Made by a program: the position numbers and the translations under genes
From: Diplonema japonicum
Taxonomy: Eukaryota > Protista > Euglenozoa: Diplonemea
Assembly (NCBI GenBank): GCA_964019335.1
Contig: OZ025703.1
Coordinates: 372,001-436,000, forward strand
DNA length: 64,000 bases
Direction of reading: 5' to 3'
In this document: positions 1-11,451 of the stretch, in pieces
Layout of the letters: every line of letters begins with the position of its first letter
Position numbering within the stretch: the first letter of the stretch is position 1
The notes under the pieces: generated by a model
Told to the model about the DNA's origin: nothing
Databases searched by the model: none
The model's input: only the letters and a program-made list of their open reading frames with translations

Positions 1-1
1 C

Positions 2-166
2 CCGGTACAGAGGAATAAGAAGAATAGTGTGGCAGCAGCCGCCGCCGGTTCCGTTGTGGTGCACAGGCCTGTTGAAGCTCTCAAGGAAGACGACGATGAT
101 ATAGTCTTTACTCCTTCCGCCGACTCTGCAGGATCGCCTGATGACCTGCCAGGAGTGATTGCATAA
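2..166 (+). CDS. 3' end of an unknown protein gene (truncated by window edge)
   Basis: Open frame PVQRNKKNSVAAAAAGSVV...DDLPGVIA ending TAA at 164-166; mixed coding-like composition, followed at once by a poly-A run. Confidence 0.6.
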   Translation, partial: PVQRNKKNSVAAAAAGSVVVHRPVEALKEDDDDIVFTPSADSAGSPDDLPGVIA

Positions 167-382
167 AAAAAAAAAAAAGATGGAATCTTTCTTTCTCCCT
201 CCCCCCCCCCCCCCCCCGCATTTGCTTTTTTTAAAAAAAACAACCTTTTTCCCCATAGAATTTTTTGTTGTTGTTGTTGCTGCAGAAACGAGAAACGAGA
301 GGAAAAAAAAAAAAAAAAAAAGAAGAAGAAAAAAAATACCCTATACTCCCTTTATTTCTGTGCCTATGGGGAGTTTTTTTTT

Positions 383-413
<31 letters not shown>

Positions 414-1443
414 GAAAAAAAAAAAAAAAAAAAAAAAACCATATCGCATGAATGAATATTAGATTTTAATTTATAAAAAAAAAAAAAAAAAAAAAAGGAA
501 CGGGGAGGGGGTATCATCACTAGGGAGTGAGCCCCCTTTTCTCCCCCTATTAAAACTATTTTTTTTTTTTTTTTGCATATGAACAAGAAAAAAACAATAA
601 TATTGATATTGAATTGTTAGTGCTAAAAAGAGTAGTGGTAGCATTGTTGAGATTTTCCTTCTACAGGTTCATCCCGGCTGTGCACAAACAACAATCACCC
701 GACTCTTTTCTCTCTCTTTTTTTTTCTTCCTTTTTTTTTTCTTCTGCATGAAAACAATCAAACAAAACATTTTTTTTGTTTAGAAACCTCTCTTTTCCTA
801 ACCGAAAATAGATTTTTTTTTCACCCCCCTTCCTCTTCGTGTTTCTAGCTGTTGGGGGGAAGAGAGAGCTGGTAAGTAGAAATAGAGCAAACAGACATTG
901 GGAAAGATTCAACAAAGATGTGAAAGAAAAAAAAAAAGAGGGGGAGGAAGCAATAACCGGGGCATTTTTCTAAACAACTTTTTTTTTTTTTGTTTTTTTT
1001 TTTTTGCCTTCAGAAAGCTTTGAGCTTCTATAAACCCTAAACCATTTTTTTTTTTCCTCTCTTTCTTTTCCTTTTCTGGTGTTTTTTTTTTTTCTTACAC
1101 CTCCATCGCTATCTCCCTTACCATTGAGGCTTTGAGTAGAAGAAAACAAAAAGGGGGGGGGGGAAGAAAAAACCGAGAGAGGGGAAGCAGGGGGCGAACG
1201 AAAGAATTGAGGAGTATAAAATAAAAAAAAAAGAACAAAAATTGTCAATCCCTTCTTTTTTTTTTCCATTCGAGAATAACAAAAAAAAGAAAAAAAAACA
1301 CGTTCTACCACGTCACCACCGCTGAACCTTTCTATCTAAAGGATCGCACCTTTTTCCTTCTTTCGCCCTCCTCCCAATACAGTTCTCTATTCCTATGTTT
1401 CTGTCTTTGCTGTGAACTGCTCCAAAGATCAATTGACGGGAAA

Positions 1444-1480
<37 letters not shown>

Positions 1481-1872
1481 GGATTTTTTAGTCCCACCTC
1501 CCCCCCTGTTCTTCAACGGTGAATGCACGTTTAATTTGAAAAAAAAAAAAAAAAAAAAGGTGTTTTCCTTCCCTTGCTCGTGTTTTTATTTATTTATATT
1601 CTCAATAACAATGAAGAAGAAGAAGAAGAAGAAAAAAAGAAGTAAAATTCAATCACAAAAAAAAAAAGAAAAAAAAAAGAACAGTAGTACCACTGATGTA
1701 CCCCCCTTTGATTGCCAAATAGAAACAAAACAAAAAAAAAAAGAAGGGGTAAAGAACGAAAGAAGAAGAAAAAAAAAAGAAGAAGAAAACCTTCTGCTCA
1801 AAAAAAATTAAAAAAAATAAAAAAAAAAAAGTGTGTGCTATTGAACACCTATCCGACCTCCGTTGGTAGCAT

Positions 1873-1914
<42 letters not shown>

Positions 1915-2156
1915 ATCCCCCCTCGCCGCATCCAGGGGAAAAAAAAAAGGAGAAATAAAATATTCAGCCGAAGTACAGCTGAGGCGACACGTCGACGTCC
2001 CAGGCAAAACTTTCTCCCGTTTTTCTCCCCCCCACATTTTTTTTTTTTTTTTTTTCCTTTTTTTTCTGAGCCGTGTTCATTGGAAATGAATTGTTAACTT
2101 TTATTATTCAAAGATCTTCTTTTTTTTTTTTTTTCTTCCCCAAAAGAATATATTAA

Positions 2157-3566
<1,410 letters not shown>

Positions 3567-3757
3567 GCGGCACGATACTAGAACATTCCTCCCCCTTTTT
3601 TTATTGTTTTACCCCTGTTTACCCCCCCCCCCCCCCCCCCCTGTTGTAAATCCCCACCCAATACAATGCCCATCCCCCCCCCCTTTTCTTCTTTTTTTCT
3701 TATCTCTTTAAGCTGCAAAAGTTGATATTGCTTAAAAAGGGGGGTGGGGGGGGTAAA

Positions 3758-5137
3758 ATGGTTCAATTTGAAACCCCGGAAAACGGAAAGCGAGAGGACG
3801 CGAAACGGCCCGGGCGGTTGAGGCACCGAGTGAACTGCTACGTTTTCGGGAAAGGGTGGCGGCTTGCCACTGTGCTGGGGAAGGAGCGCGTCAGGTGGTG
3901 GGGAACCGAGGGGTTCCCACCGGGGCCAGATGAGTACCATCATTACTCAAAGGAAATGTCCGAGGTGGGCGAAGAGTACCTACTACTGCGCGAAATCCCT
4001 GTTGTGGGCACCATGGGGTTCCAGCTACCCCTCTTCGTACACGGCTGCGTGGTTGAAAACCGCTCTGCATGGGAAAAACTTCACGAAGAGCATAAGGCAA
4101 ACTTGTATGAGTCCGAATCATGTGTCCGATCATGTTTCGACACCCGAAGGCTGCTGTACAAACGGCTGACCAGCTTCGACGCGGACCTGGCGTGCATGAA
4201 CTGCCACCTTTCACACATCGAGCCCGTTCACTTCAATGCGGTGTTTCACCCGGAGGAGCTCTCATTGGGAAAACTGCTTGAACTATGCAGGAAAATCGAG
4301 TTATTTTGGAGCTTTTCCCTGGAGTCCGTAGGCGGGGGGTTTCTAGAGCAGCACAAAGGCGACACAGTCCTGAGGCACCCTAGTTTACCCGATACTGTAT
4401 TCACAGTCAACACCATGATGGTTCTCAGAGTATTGATAGTGAAAGGGTTATCCGTCACAAAGGACTTCATCAGAAGCCTCCGTTCGGCACGGTGCTTGGA
4501 AACATTGGCGGTGACAGATGCAGAGCTAACTGGAACAGATGGGAATGAGATGGGGTTGCTTTTGGAGCAAAGACATTCGCTGCGGAACGTCGACCTGTCA
4601 GGAAACAGGCTTTTCAGTGAAGACGTCGAAATCCTCTGTCTTGCACTGCAGAAGAATCGAACCTTGGTGCATCTGGATCTTAGAGGAAACCCCCATGCCT
4701 GCGATGATATTTTGGAAAGGTACCAAAATAATTCTCTGTCTTGGACACGACACGTTGCACTGGTCCTGCAGAGGCTCTTTGGGTCGCTTGATATGCTGCA
4801 GTACATAGCAACGATGTCCCCCTTATGCATTCTTTACGATCGTCCGTCTACCTTGTGCGACCTACGTCGCACGTTTTCTCCCTTGGCTGTGCCGCCGCTT
4901 CCTGTTTTCCCCTCGTCTCGCTTTGCTTACCACCCGTCGTGCTACTGGGCCTCCCTCTTCGCTTCCTTCTCCGTGGCTGTTTGTATTCTTTCGTTGGGCT
5001 GTCTTGTTGCCCCGCCTCTCACTACGTTGGTCCCGTTGCCCCCTGCCCGTGCGCGTAGGGAAAACACACATCGGTTTCCAAAGTTCAGGCTCTGTACTTC
5101 CGTACGGGACTTAGTGGTAGTAGTTGAACAGAAATAG
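3758..5137 (+). CDS. leucine-rich repeat (RNI-like) protein
   Basis: ATG at 3758; LRR motifs SLRNVDLSGNRL and TLVHLDLRGNP; the 3' ~100 codons are less certain. Confidence 0.7.
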   Translation: MVQFETPENGKREDAKRPGRLRHRVNCYVFGKGWRLATVLGKERVRWWGTEGFPPGPDEYHHYSKEMSEVGEEYLLLREIPVVGTMGFQLPLFVHGCVVENRSAWEKLHEEHKANLYESESCVRSCFDTRRLLYKRLTSFDADLACMNCHLSHIEPVHFNAVFHPEELSLGKLLELCRKIELFWSFSLESVGGGFLEQHKGDTVLRHPSLPDTVFTVNTMMVLRVLIVKGLSVTKDFIRSLRSARCLETLAVTDAELTGTDGNEMGLLLEQRHSLRNVDLSGNRLFSEDVEILCLALQKNRTLVHLDLRGNPHACDDILERYQNNSLSWTRHVALVLQRLFGSLDMLQYIATMSPLCILYDRPSTLCDLRRTFSPLAVPPLPVFPSSRFAYHPSCYWASLFASFSVAVCILSLGCLVAPPLTTLVPLPPARARRENTHRFPKFRLCTSVRDLVVVVEQK

Positions 5138-5200
5138 TAGGAAAAAGATATTCCTTTTTAAAAAAAGAAAATAGAAAAATAAAAGGGAAGAGTATTTCCA

Positions 5201-7771
5201 ATGGGCCCGCGGGACACCCGGCGGTCGTCAGCACCCCCAAGTAGGGCGAGCAGTGTGTGCAGCACATCTTCCCAGCAGTCTGCCGTTAGGATCCGGATGT
5301 CGAACATGGAGAGGGGTGGGAGTACATGGGGAAGAGAGCGGCAGATGATCAAAGACAAATACAAACCTCTCATCCGCGAGTGCAAGAAAGAGCTGCAGGA
5401 AGTTGAGGCTACAAAATGCAGGGCGATTGTGGAGATCAAGCTGGAGGGCAGCTCCAAGGACGACCCTGAAGAGCTATCCAAACGGGCCGAACAGCTGCAG
5501 TCTCTTATTGAAAAACACACAATGGAGATGGACGAAGAAAACGCCGCCTTGTCCAAAAGGGTGGAAGAGGAAGCGGAACATCTTGTCGCGCTTAGGTCGT
5601 CACCGCGAAGACAAAGCTTGCCCAGCTCAAGAAGGTCCTCCGTTGCAAGCATTTCCGGCGTACGTCGTAACACCCTTCCGCCTGGAACAGATGTTGAAGG
5701 TGAGCTTCTTGACACGCTGCACTTAAGCCCGACAAGCCTGACCCTTTCCCAGTCTGTAGATTCAAGTGTTTGTGGTACGCCAGTGAGCTGTGGGTCTGAT
5801 ACCGCCTCACCTTGGTCGCCGTTGACAGAAGATGAAGAAGACGAGATGCAGGAGTCTGACAAGCAGTCCGAAGCAGCCGAGCGGCGTGCCAAGATGAACG
5901 AATTGCGGGAGCAAGAGCAGAAGATCGAAGAGAGGAAGCGTGTGGTGCGAAACATCGAGAAGAGTCTCGACCTGCGCCTCGCCGAAATCGAGAAGAAGGA
6001 GATGTTCGTTCAGCATAACGAAAAATACTCCACAGAGCTCAGGGGCAAGGCGGAGGAGCTCAAAGCAAGGGAGTACAAACTGCAACTCAACGAAAAAGCA
6101 GAGGGCACCTTGGCAACGCGGAGGGCGAACCTTTCCAAGAGGATCGAGGGGAAGGAAATCGCAAGAACTCTTCTGGACAGCAAGAAGAACGAATTACAAC
6201 AGGAAGGAGAGAGCCTCAAGAAGCTACAAGCAGAGTTCGAGGGACAAATGAAAGACAGAGAAGCGACTTTGGTGAAAGAGGAGCTTCATTTGAAGGAGGA
6301 AAAGGCAAGGATTGAAGCAGAGATGAAGGAGTTGCACAGACACGAGGAAGAAGCTCTTGCGGAGCAAGCAAAGACCAAAGAAGACAAGGCACGGCTCATC
6401 CACAGCGTCACGGACATGATTATGAAGCTGAACGAGGAGACACAGGTCGTAGAAGCCGAAGAAACAGCAGTTTCGAGGAGAGAAGGCGAGCTTGTGACTC
6501 TCCTCGACGTGCAGCATCTCCAAGAGGAGCGCATCACAAGAATGGTCTCAACTCTCAGCGAGACCCACCAGCTGTACACCAGGCAAGAGAGCACTGTCTT
6601 GGAAAAGAAAACCGATGCCGAGGTAGAACTCCAAGTAATCAAAGAACGCAAAGGCAAGGCGCTCGACACGGCGCAGAAACTACAGCTGCAGCAATCCATC
6701 GCCGAACAGGACGAGGAAGTGGTCGCGTCGCAGCAGCTATTCTTGCAGCAGAAGAGCCAGATCAAGCATTTTCTCAGCCACAAGGCGCACCGTCTGCTTG
6801 AGGAGACAACAGAGGCGGCCGACACAATTCGGAAAAAGATCTCAGACATCAACAACGAGACACAGGGCCTGCACGACAGGGCAACACGATTGCAGGGAAG
6901 GAAGCTCATGCTTGAGAAGTGCACCACGAAGCTGCTGGTCGACGACAAGGAAGTGTTCGTAAAGCTCAGAAAGCTCCGTGCTCTGTATTCCGTGAACAAG
7001 AACTGGCTGGAGGTCCTGCGATGCAGAGAAGCGGAGCTGGAGGAACTGGAACATTTGAACACTTACCAAGATCTACCCGGTGCGTGCTATCAAACACTAC
7101 CCACAACCCTGAAAAGACTGAAAGAGTCTTTCTTGATGATGCTCAAAGCACGCTCTGTTGAGGCAGCAAGAAAAGATCGTGGGAAGGAAGTGGAAGCACT
7201 GAGACTATCTGACAATGAGAGGCTGAAGGGCCCTTCGTTGGTGCCGTCGCCTTTGATGTCGACACTGAAGGAGGCATCGATGGAAGGGCCTATACGAGGA
7301 CTGCCTGAGCACCGTGCTCTTCACGACCATGTGAAGGCTGTCGAGCCCAACGCACTGCGCATAGAAGCCATTCGTTTCGAGGAACGGGATGTCAAGGCAC
7401 TCGAGGACAAGGTGCAGAGCATGAACGCCTTCATGTCTCTGGAGGTGGAGACTCTGCTTCAAAGGGACGCGGAGCTCCGTCAGGAATCTGACTTACTAGG
7501 GTGCCTCATGCAGTTCCCGATAAAGGGCACGTTGGGCCAAGTTAAGAGGTGGTGGGTCAACGTGCACCTCAAGGCAGCTGACCTCACTGCAAGCACCACA
7601 CAGAAGCGCTGTGCACACTTGTCGGAGTCCGTCCGTGTCATAGCAGATTCCGTCCCTGCTGCTTTGGAGCCCCCACCCCTCGGTGACTCACTTAAGTGCT
7701 CTCACAGTGAGGAGGCCTATAACATGCTAGTCTCTCCGAACGCTGCCAACGCTGCTGAGGTGGTTTTATAG
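5201..7771 (+). CDS. long coiled-coil protein of unknown function
   Basis: 856-aa ORF rich in E/K/Q/L heptads with a Ser-rich linker. Confidence 0.85.
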   Translation: MGPRDTRRSSAPPSRASSVCSTSSQQSAVRIRMSNMERGGSTWGRERQMIKDKYKPLIRECKKELQEVEATKCRAIVEIKLEGSSKDDPEELSKRAEQLQSLIEKHTMEMDEENAALSKRVEEEAEHLVALRSSPRRQSLPSSRRSSVASISGVRRNTLPPGTDVEGELLDTLHLSPTSLTLSQSVDSSVCGTPVSCGSDTASPWSPLTEDEEDEMQESDKQSEAAERRAKMNELREQEQKIEERKRVVRNIEKSLDLRLAEIEKKEMFVQHNEKYSTELRGKAEELKAREYKLQLNEKAEGTLATRRANLSKRIEGKEIARTLLDSKKNELQQEGESLKKLQAEFEGQMKDREATLVKEELHLKEEKARIEAEMKELHRHEEEALAEQAKTKEDKARLIHSVTDMIMKLNEETQVVEAEETAVSRREGELVTLLDVQHLQEERITRMVSTLSETHQLYTRQESTVLEKKTDAEVELQVIKERKGKALDTAQKLQLQQSIAEQDEEVVASQQLFLQQKSQIKHFLSHKAHRLLEETTEAADTIRKKISDINNETQGLHDRATRLQGRKLMLEKCTTKLLVDDKEVFVKLRKLRALYSVNKNWLEVLRCREAELEELEHLNTYQDLPGACYQTLPTTLKRLKESFLMMLKARSVEAARKDRGKEVEALRLSDNERLKGPSLVPSPLMSTLKEASMEGPIRGLPEHRALHDHVKAVEPNALRIEAIRFEERDVKALEDKVQSMNAFMSLEVETLLQRDAELRQESDLLGCLMQFPIKGTLGQVKRWWVNVHLKAADLTASTTQKRCAHLSESVRVIADSVPAALEPPPLGDSLKCSHSEEAYNMLVSPNAANAAEVVL

Positions 7772-7854
7772 CCGTCCGTGCAATAGGCGTTGGCGTTAGT
7801 TTTTTTTTTTTTTTTTTTCTTCTTCTTTTTTTTTGTTAGTTTTTTTTTTTTATT

Positions 7855-8325
7855 TAAATTACTGTCCTTTTGTCCTGCCGATGATGAGCTGATGGTGGTG
7901 AGTTTTGAGGGGTGATTGGTGTTTGGTGCGGCTCCTAATTGAGTTACTTGCTTGAGTTCCTTCAGCTCTGTTGCCGTCTGCTCAAGCTCGACTGCTTGTG
8001 CAGTTATGAGCAACTGTCTGTTGTTGCTCCACTCGTGTTGCCACCTGCTGGAGCCTGATCGCCTCTTTTCTTCAGACCGGTCTCCTCCGCTCGGTGCTCC
8101 ACCACTCTTGAATCCAACAAGATAACATCACTGCCTTTGACCACAGCAGGCGACACGATGGGTGTTTGGGCTGATGTCCCCATGTCCCTGTTAGCTGGTG
8201 TGCTTGCAGGAACCCCTGACACAGAGCTGAATTGTGCTGCACCTGTTCCTGTGTCCCGATGCGCAGGAGTGCTAGAAGGTGCTGCATAGTCTTGGATAGT
8301 TGGCCCCTGTTCACAGCATCACTAG
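7855..8325 (-). pseudogene. decayed antisense coding-like fragment
   Basis: Non-homopolymeric island; minus-strand peptides can be joined across ~2 frameshifts (...EHRAEETGLK/EAIRLQQVATRVEQQQ/LLITAQAVELEQTATELKELKQ); no start codon or family recognised. Confidence 0.3.
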
Positions 8326-8420
8326 GTTGGGAGAGGAGGGAGTGGGGAGGGGTGAAAAAAAAAAGGAAGAAAAAAAAAGAAAAAAAAAAAGAGGGAAAAC
8401 AAAAAAGAAAAACGGAAAAT

Positions 8421-9904
8421 ATGTTGAAGCTGGTGTTGGCGCTGTTACTGATCCTGTCTCTGTGCAGCGTGTCAGCGGACGACGAGTTCGATGCGAAAAA
8501 CACAATCGCGCTGACGGAGGACAACTTCGAGAAGGCGAAGGGCGGAACATGGATGGTGATGTTCTGGGCACCATGGTGCGGACATTGCAGAAGAGTGAAA
8601 CCATATTTCGCAGAAGCGAGCGCGTTGGGCAGGGAAGACGTGAGCCTGGGCACCGTGGACTGCACAGCCGACAACGGAAAACCATTATGCGACCAACTAG
8701 GTGTATCAAGCTACCCTAGCTTTAGATACTCGTATGCTGCAATACCTTTTTTTTTTTTTTTTTTTACAAACACAACCCAACAACAGTATCGATGGTTCTG
8801 AAATGATGAAATACGAAGGACCACGGAGCACAGACGACTTTGTGAGGTTTGTCGACCGCCTGGGGAACCACAGCTTGCACGTTCTGCAATTCACCTCCGC
8901 TGACATCGAGGAACTGGAGAAGCGTGACGACGTTAATGTGTTTGTATTTTGCACGGAAGACGGAAAGCCGACGGAACAAGTCACATGGGTCAGCAGGCGC
9001 GGCCTCACCTACGGGAGATCATACTTCGGTACCATCCCAAGCAGCACCCCTGTCTGCGGTAACCGCAACACTGGATTTCTAATCAACGATGTGGGCAAAA
9101 CAGAAATCGCACCGTCAAAAGGCGCTGTTGAAGAATGTTTGGAGGACGAGGTAGACTCCGTCCGGCTGAAAAGCGTTTTAGAATGGGTTGCGAAGCACAA
9201 GCATCTTGCTGTCGATCGGATCGATCAGGGGACTTTCCACCACATGTCCGTGACGGACAAGCCGTACCTGTTCATGTTGGTTAGTAAAGAAGGTGAGTGG
9301 GACGACCAACGACCGTTTTTAAACGTTCTCCGAAAGGTTGTTGAGAAGCCGTACGCCGAGACATTTGCGTTCGGGTGGCTAGACGGAATTGCATATGGTG
9401 AATGGGTTGCAGATTTCATCGACTTAAGCAGTCTTCCCACCGTGCTTGTGTACCACATTGGCGACGAGTCTTCGTTTACCTCTGAGGAGGCGAAGATTGC
9501 CGTACATCACGCTGTAGCACAGGGGGGCGATGAGGATGGTGCTATGCAAGCGTCTGTTGAAGATATGATTGAAGGGATCGCAACAGGCAGATACGAATTG
9601 ACCTTCCAAGGCCCCGCCGGACACATTCTCGGTCTTAGCCAGAAATTCTTCCCGTTGATCTTACCTCAGCTGAAGGAACTTAGAAGGTCTGCCCAGTCTG
9701 ATGTCTTCTTCATTGGCTTGGTCTTAATCATGGTGGTGTTGCTGGTGTGTTTTAAAAAGTTTTTTTTTTTTTGTAAGACCCTTCTAGGTGACTGTTGTAG
9801 TCAACTTCATTCAAATCGCGCTTGGTGGGGGGGTGGAGCCCGAACCAAGATTCGCAAACCCGCAGGGTATGACGCGCGCACAGCAGCAAATGTTGAGGGT
9901 ATGG

Positions 9905-9938
<34 letters not shown>

Positions 9939-10010
9939 GAACTGAGAAACATTTTTTTTTTGTTACAGGAGCAATTGATACGAGAAGCGGCGAATAAGAA
10001 AAAAGAATAA
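8421..10010 (+). CDS. ER transmembrane thioredoxin/PDI-family protein (TMX3-like), 4 exons
   Basis: Signal peptide, WCGHC active site, Trx-like domains, TM helix. Exons 8421-8731, 8787-9744, 9788-9898, 9969-10010. Splicing three GT-AG introns restores the frame and gives a C-terminal KKKE di-lysine ER-retrieval motif. Confidence 0.88.
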
Positions 10011-10272
10011 AAAAAAAATATGAGAAACAAAAAAGAAGAATTGGGGGGGGGGGGGGGGGAACAGTATCTCTTTCTTGTATGGAAAAAAAAAAAAAAGAAA
10101 CGAGAGTTAAAAAAAAAAGATGTGCTGTACATATTTTACCCTACCTTTGAAAGAAAAAAAAAAAGAAATTAGTGTAACGTAGTAGCCCTCCCCCCCCTGC
10201 TCCCCCCTCTTTTTTTTTTCTATCTCTTTTATTCAACGTGTTAACTTCAACACTATAGGGCGTGCCACCCTC

Positions 10273-11192
10273 ATGCTCCGCAGGGGGTTGGCACTGCATG
10301 CAGCCGACCCATGGACAGTACTAGGGGTGTCGAGGGGTTCTTCAGATAAAGAGGTTAAAGAAGCCTATCGAAAGTTGGCAAAGAAATATCACCCGGATTT
10401 AAACAAAGGTGGGGAGGAGAAGTTCAAAGCGGTAAAAACTGCCTACGAGGATCTCAGCTCGGGGGAATGGAAGAAGAAGACTCAACAACAGCAACAACAA
10501 CAAGGAGGGCAGTATCAACAGTACCAGAATCGCCGCAACCCGTTCAGGGACGGTGCTTCGTCAAACTTCAATGGGGATCCACGATACGCTGGGCGGGCTT
10601 GGTCACAACGGGCGGAGTACTACAGAGTTCAGCAGGAAGAAGGTGAGATGAGAGCGCGGACCAGGCAAGAACTGCAGGTCGTGTTCAGAATGATGTTTGT
10701 TCTAATGGTGGTGGTGTTTATTGTTCCTTTGATGAACGTTTTATATGCATCGGATGAACAGGAAAAACGGAGAAGGTAAAATTTTGAAGAAAAAAAAAAA
10801 GTTTTTTTTTTTTTTTTTTAGACAAGAAGAATTTGACCGTCTCCGGCGCCAGCATACTCAAATGAACCAAATGAGGGGAATGTACGAAGATCCGTATGTA
10901 GAAATCGATCGGTGGGGGGGGGGAATTTAAAAAAAAAAAAAAAAAAAGTTCTCGGCCTCCTCTTCCGATCACGAATCCTCAAGGAGACACCGGTGGTTAC
11001 GGTTGGGTGTGGGTCCATCCTTATGGTTGGCAGTGGCTTCCTGTCGATAAGCTCCCAAAGGAGCCGTTGTCGTTGCACAACACGACCCCAGGGACCGCAC
11101 CTCCTCCGCCGCGTCCTGTGTACCGACAGATAGAACCGATGCCTGTTTATGCGGACGAGCAGAAACCACATCACCCAAGCGACAGGCAATGA
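10273..11192 (+). CDS. DnaJ (J-domain) membrane protein, probably mitochondrial, 3 exons
   Basis: J domain with HPD (KKYHPDLN), MLRR-type presequence, TM segment. Exons 10273-10775, 10822-10911, 10949-11192. Confidence 0.82.
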
Positions 11193-11451
11193 TGAGAAGA
11201 AAAAAAAAGAAAAAAAAAAGAGCGGACAACGGTTCTTCGCTGGACTTTATTGTCCTAAAACGAGCCTTTCTTTTTTTCTTTTTTTTTTTTTTTTTTCTCT
11301 TTTTTTATTTCCCCCCTTCCTGTCACTATCTTCCCCCCCCCTTTTTTTTCCTTTCGTGAAAGTGTTCCTTAGTTTTTTTTTTTTTTTAAAAAAAGCCATT
11401 CCCAACCCTAGTTTTTTATTCAAAAGGACGGGAAAAAAAAAAAAACAAAAG

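Noticed and set aside
159-2089. Many poly-Lys/poly-Phe ORFs here and in other spacers
   Set aside because: Translations of A/T homopolymer runs, which contain few stop codons.
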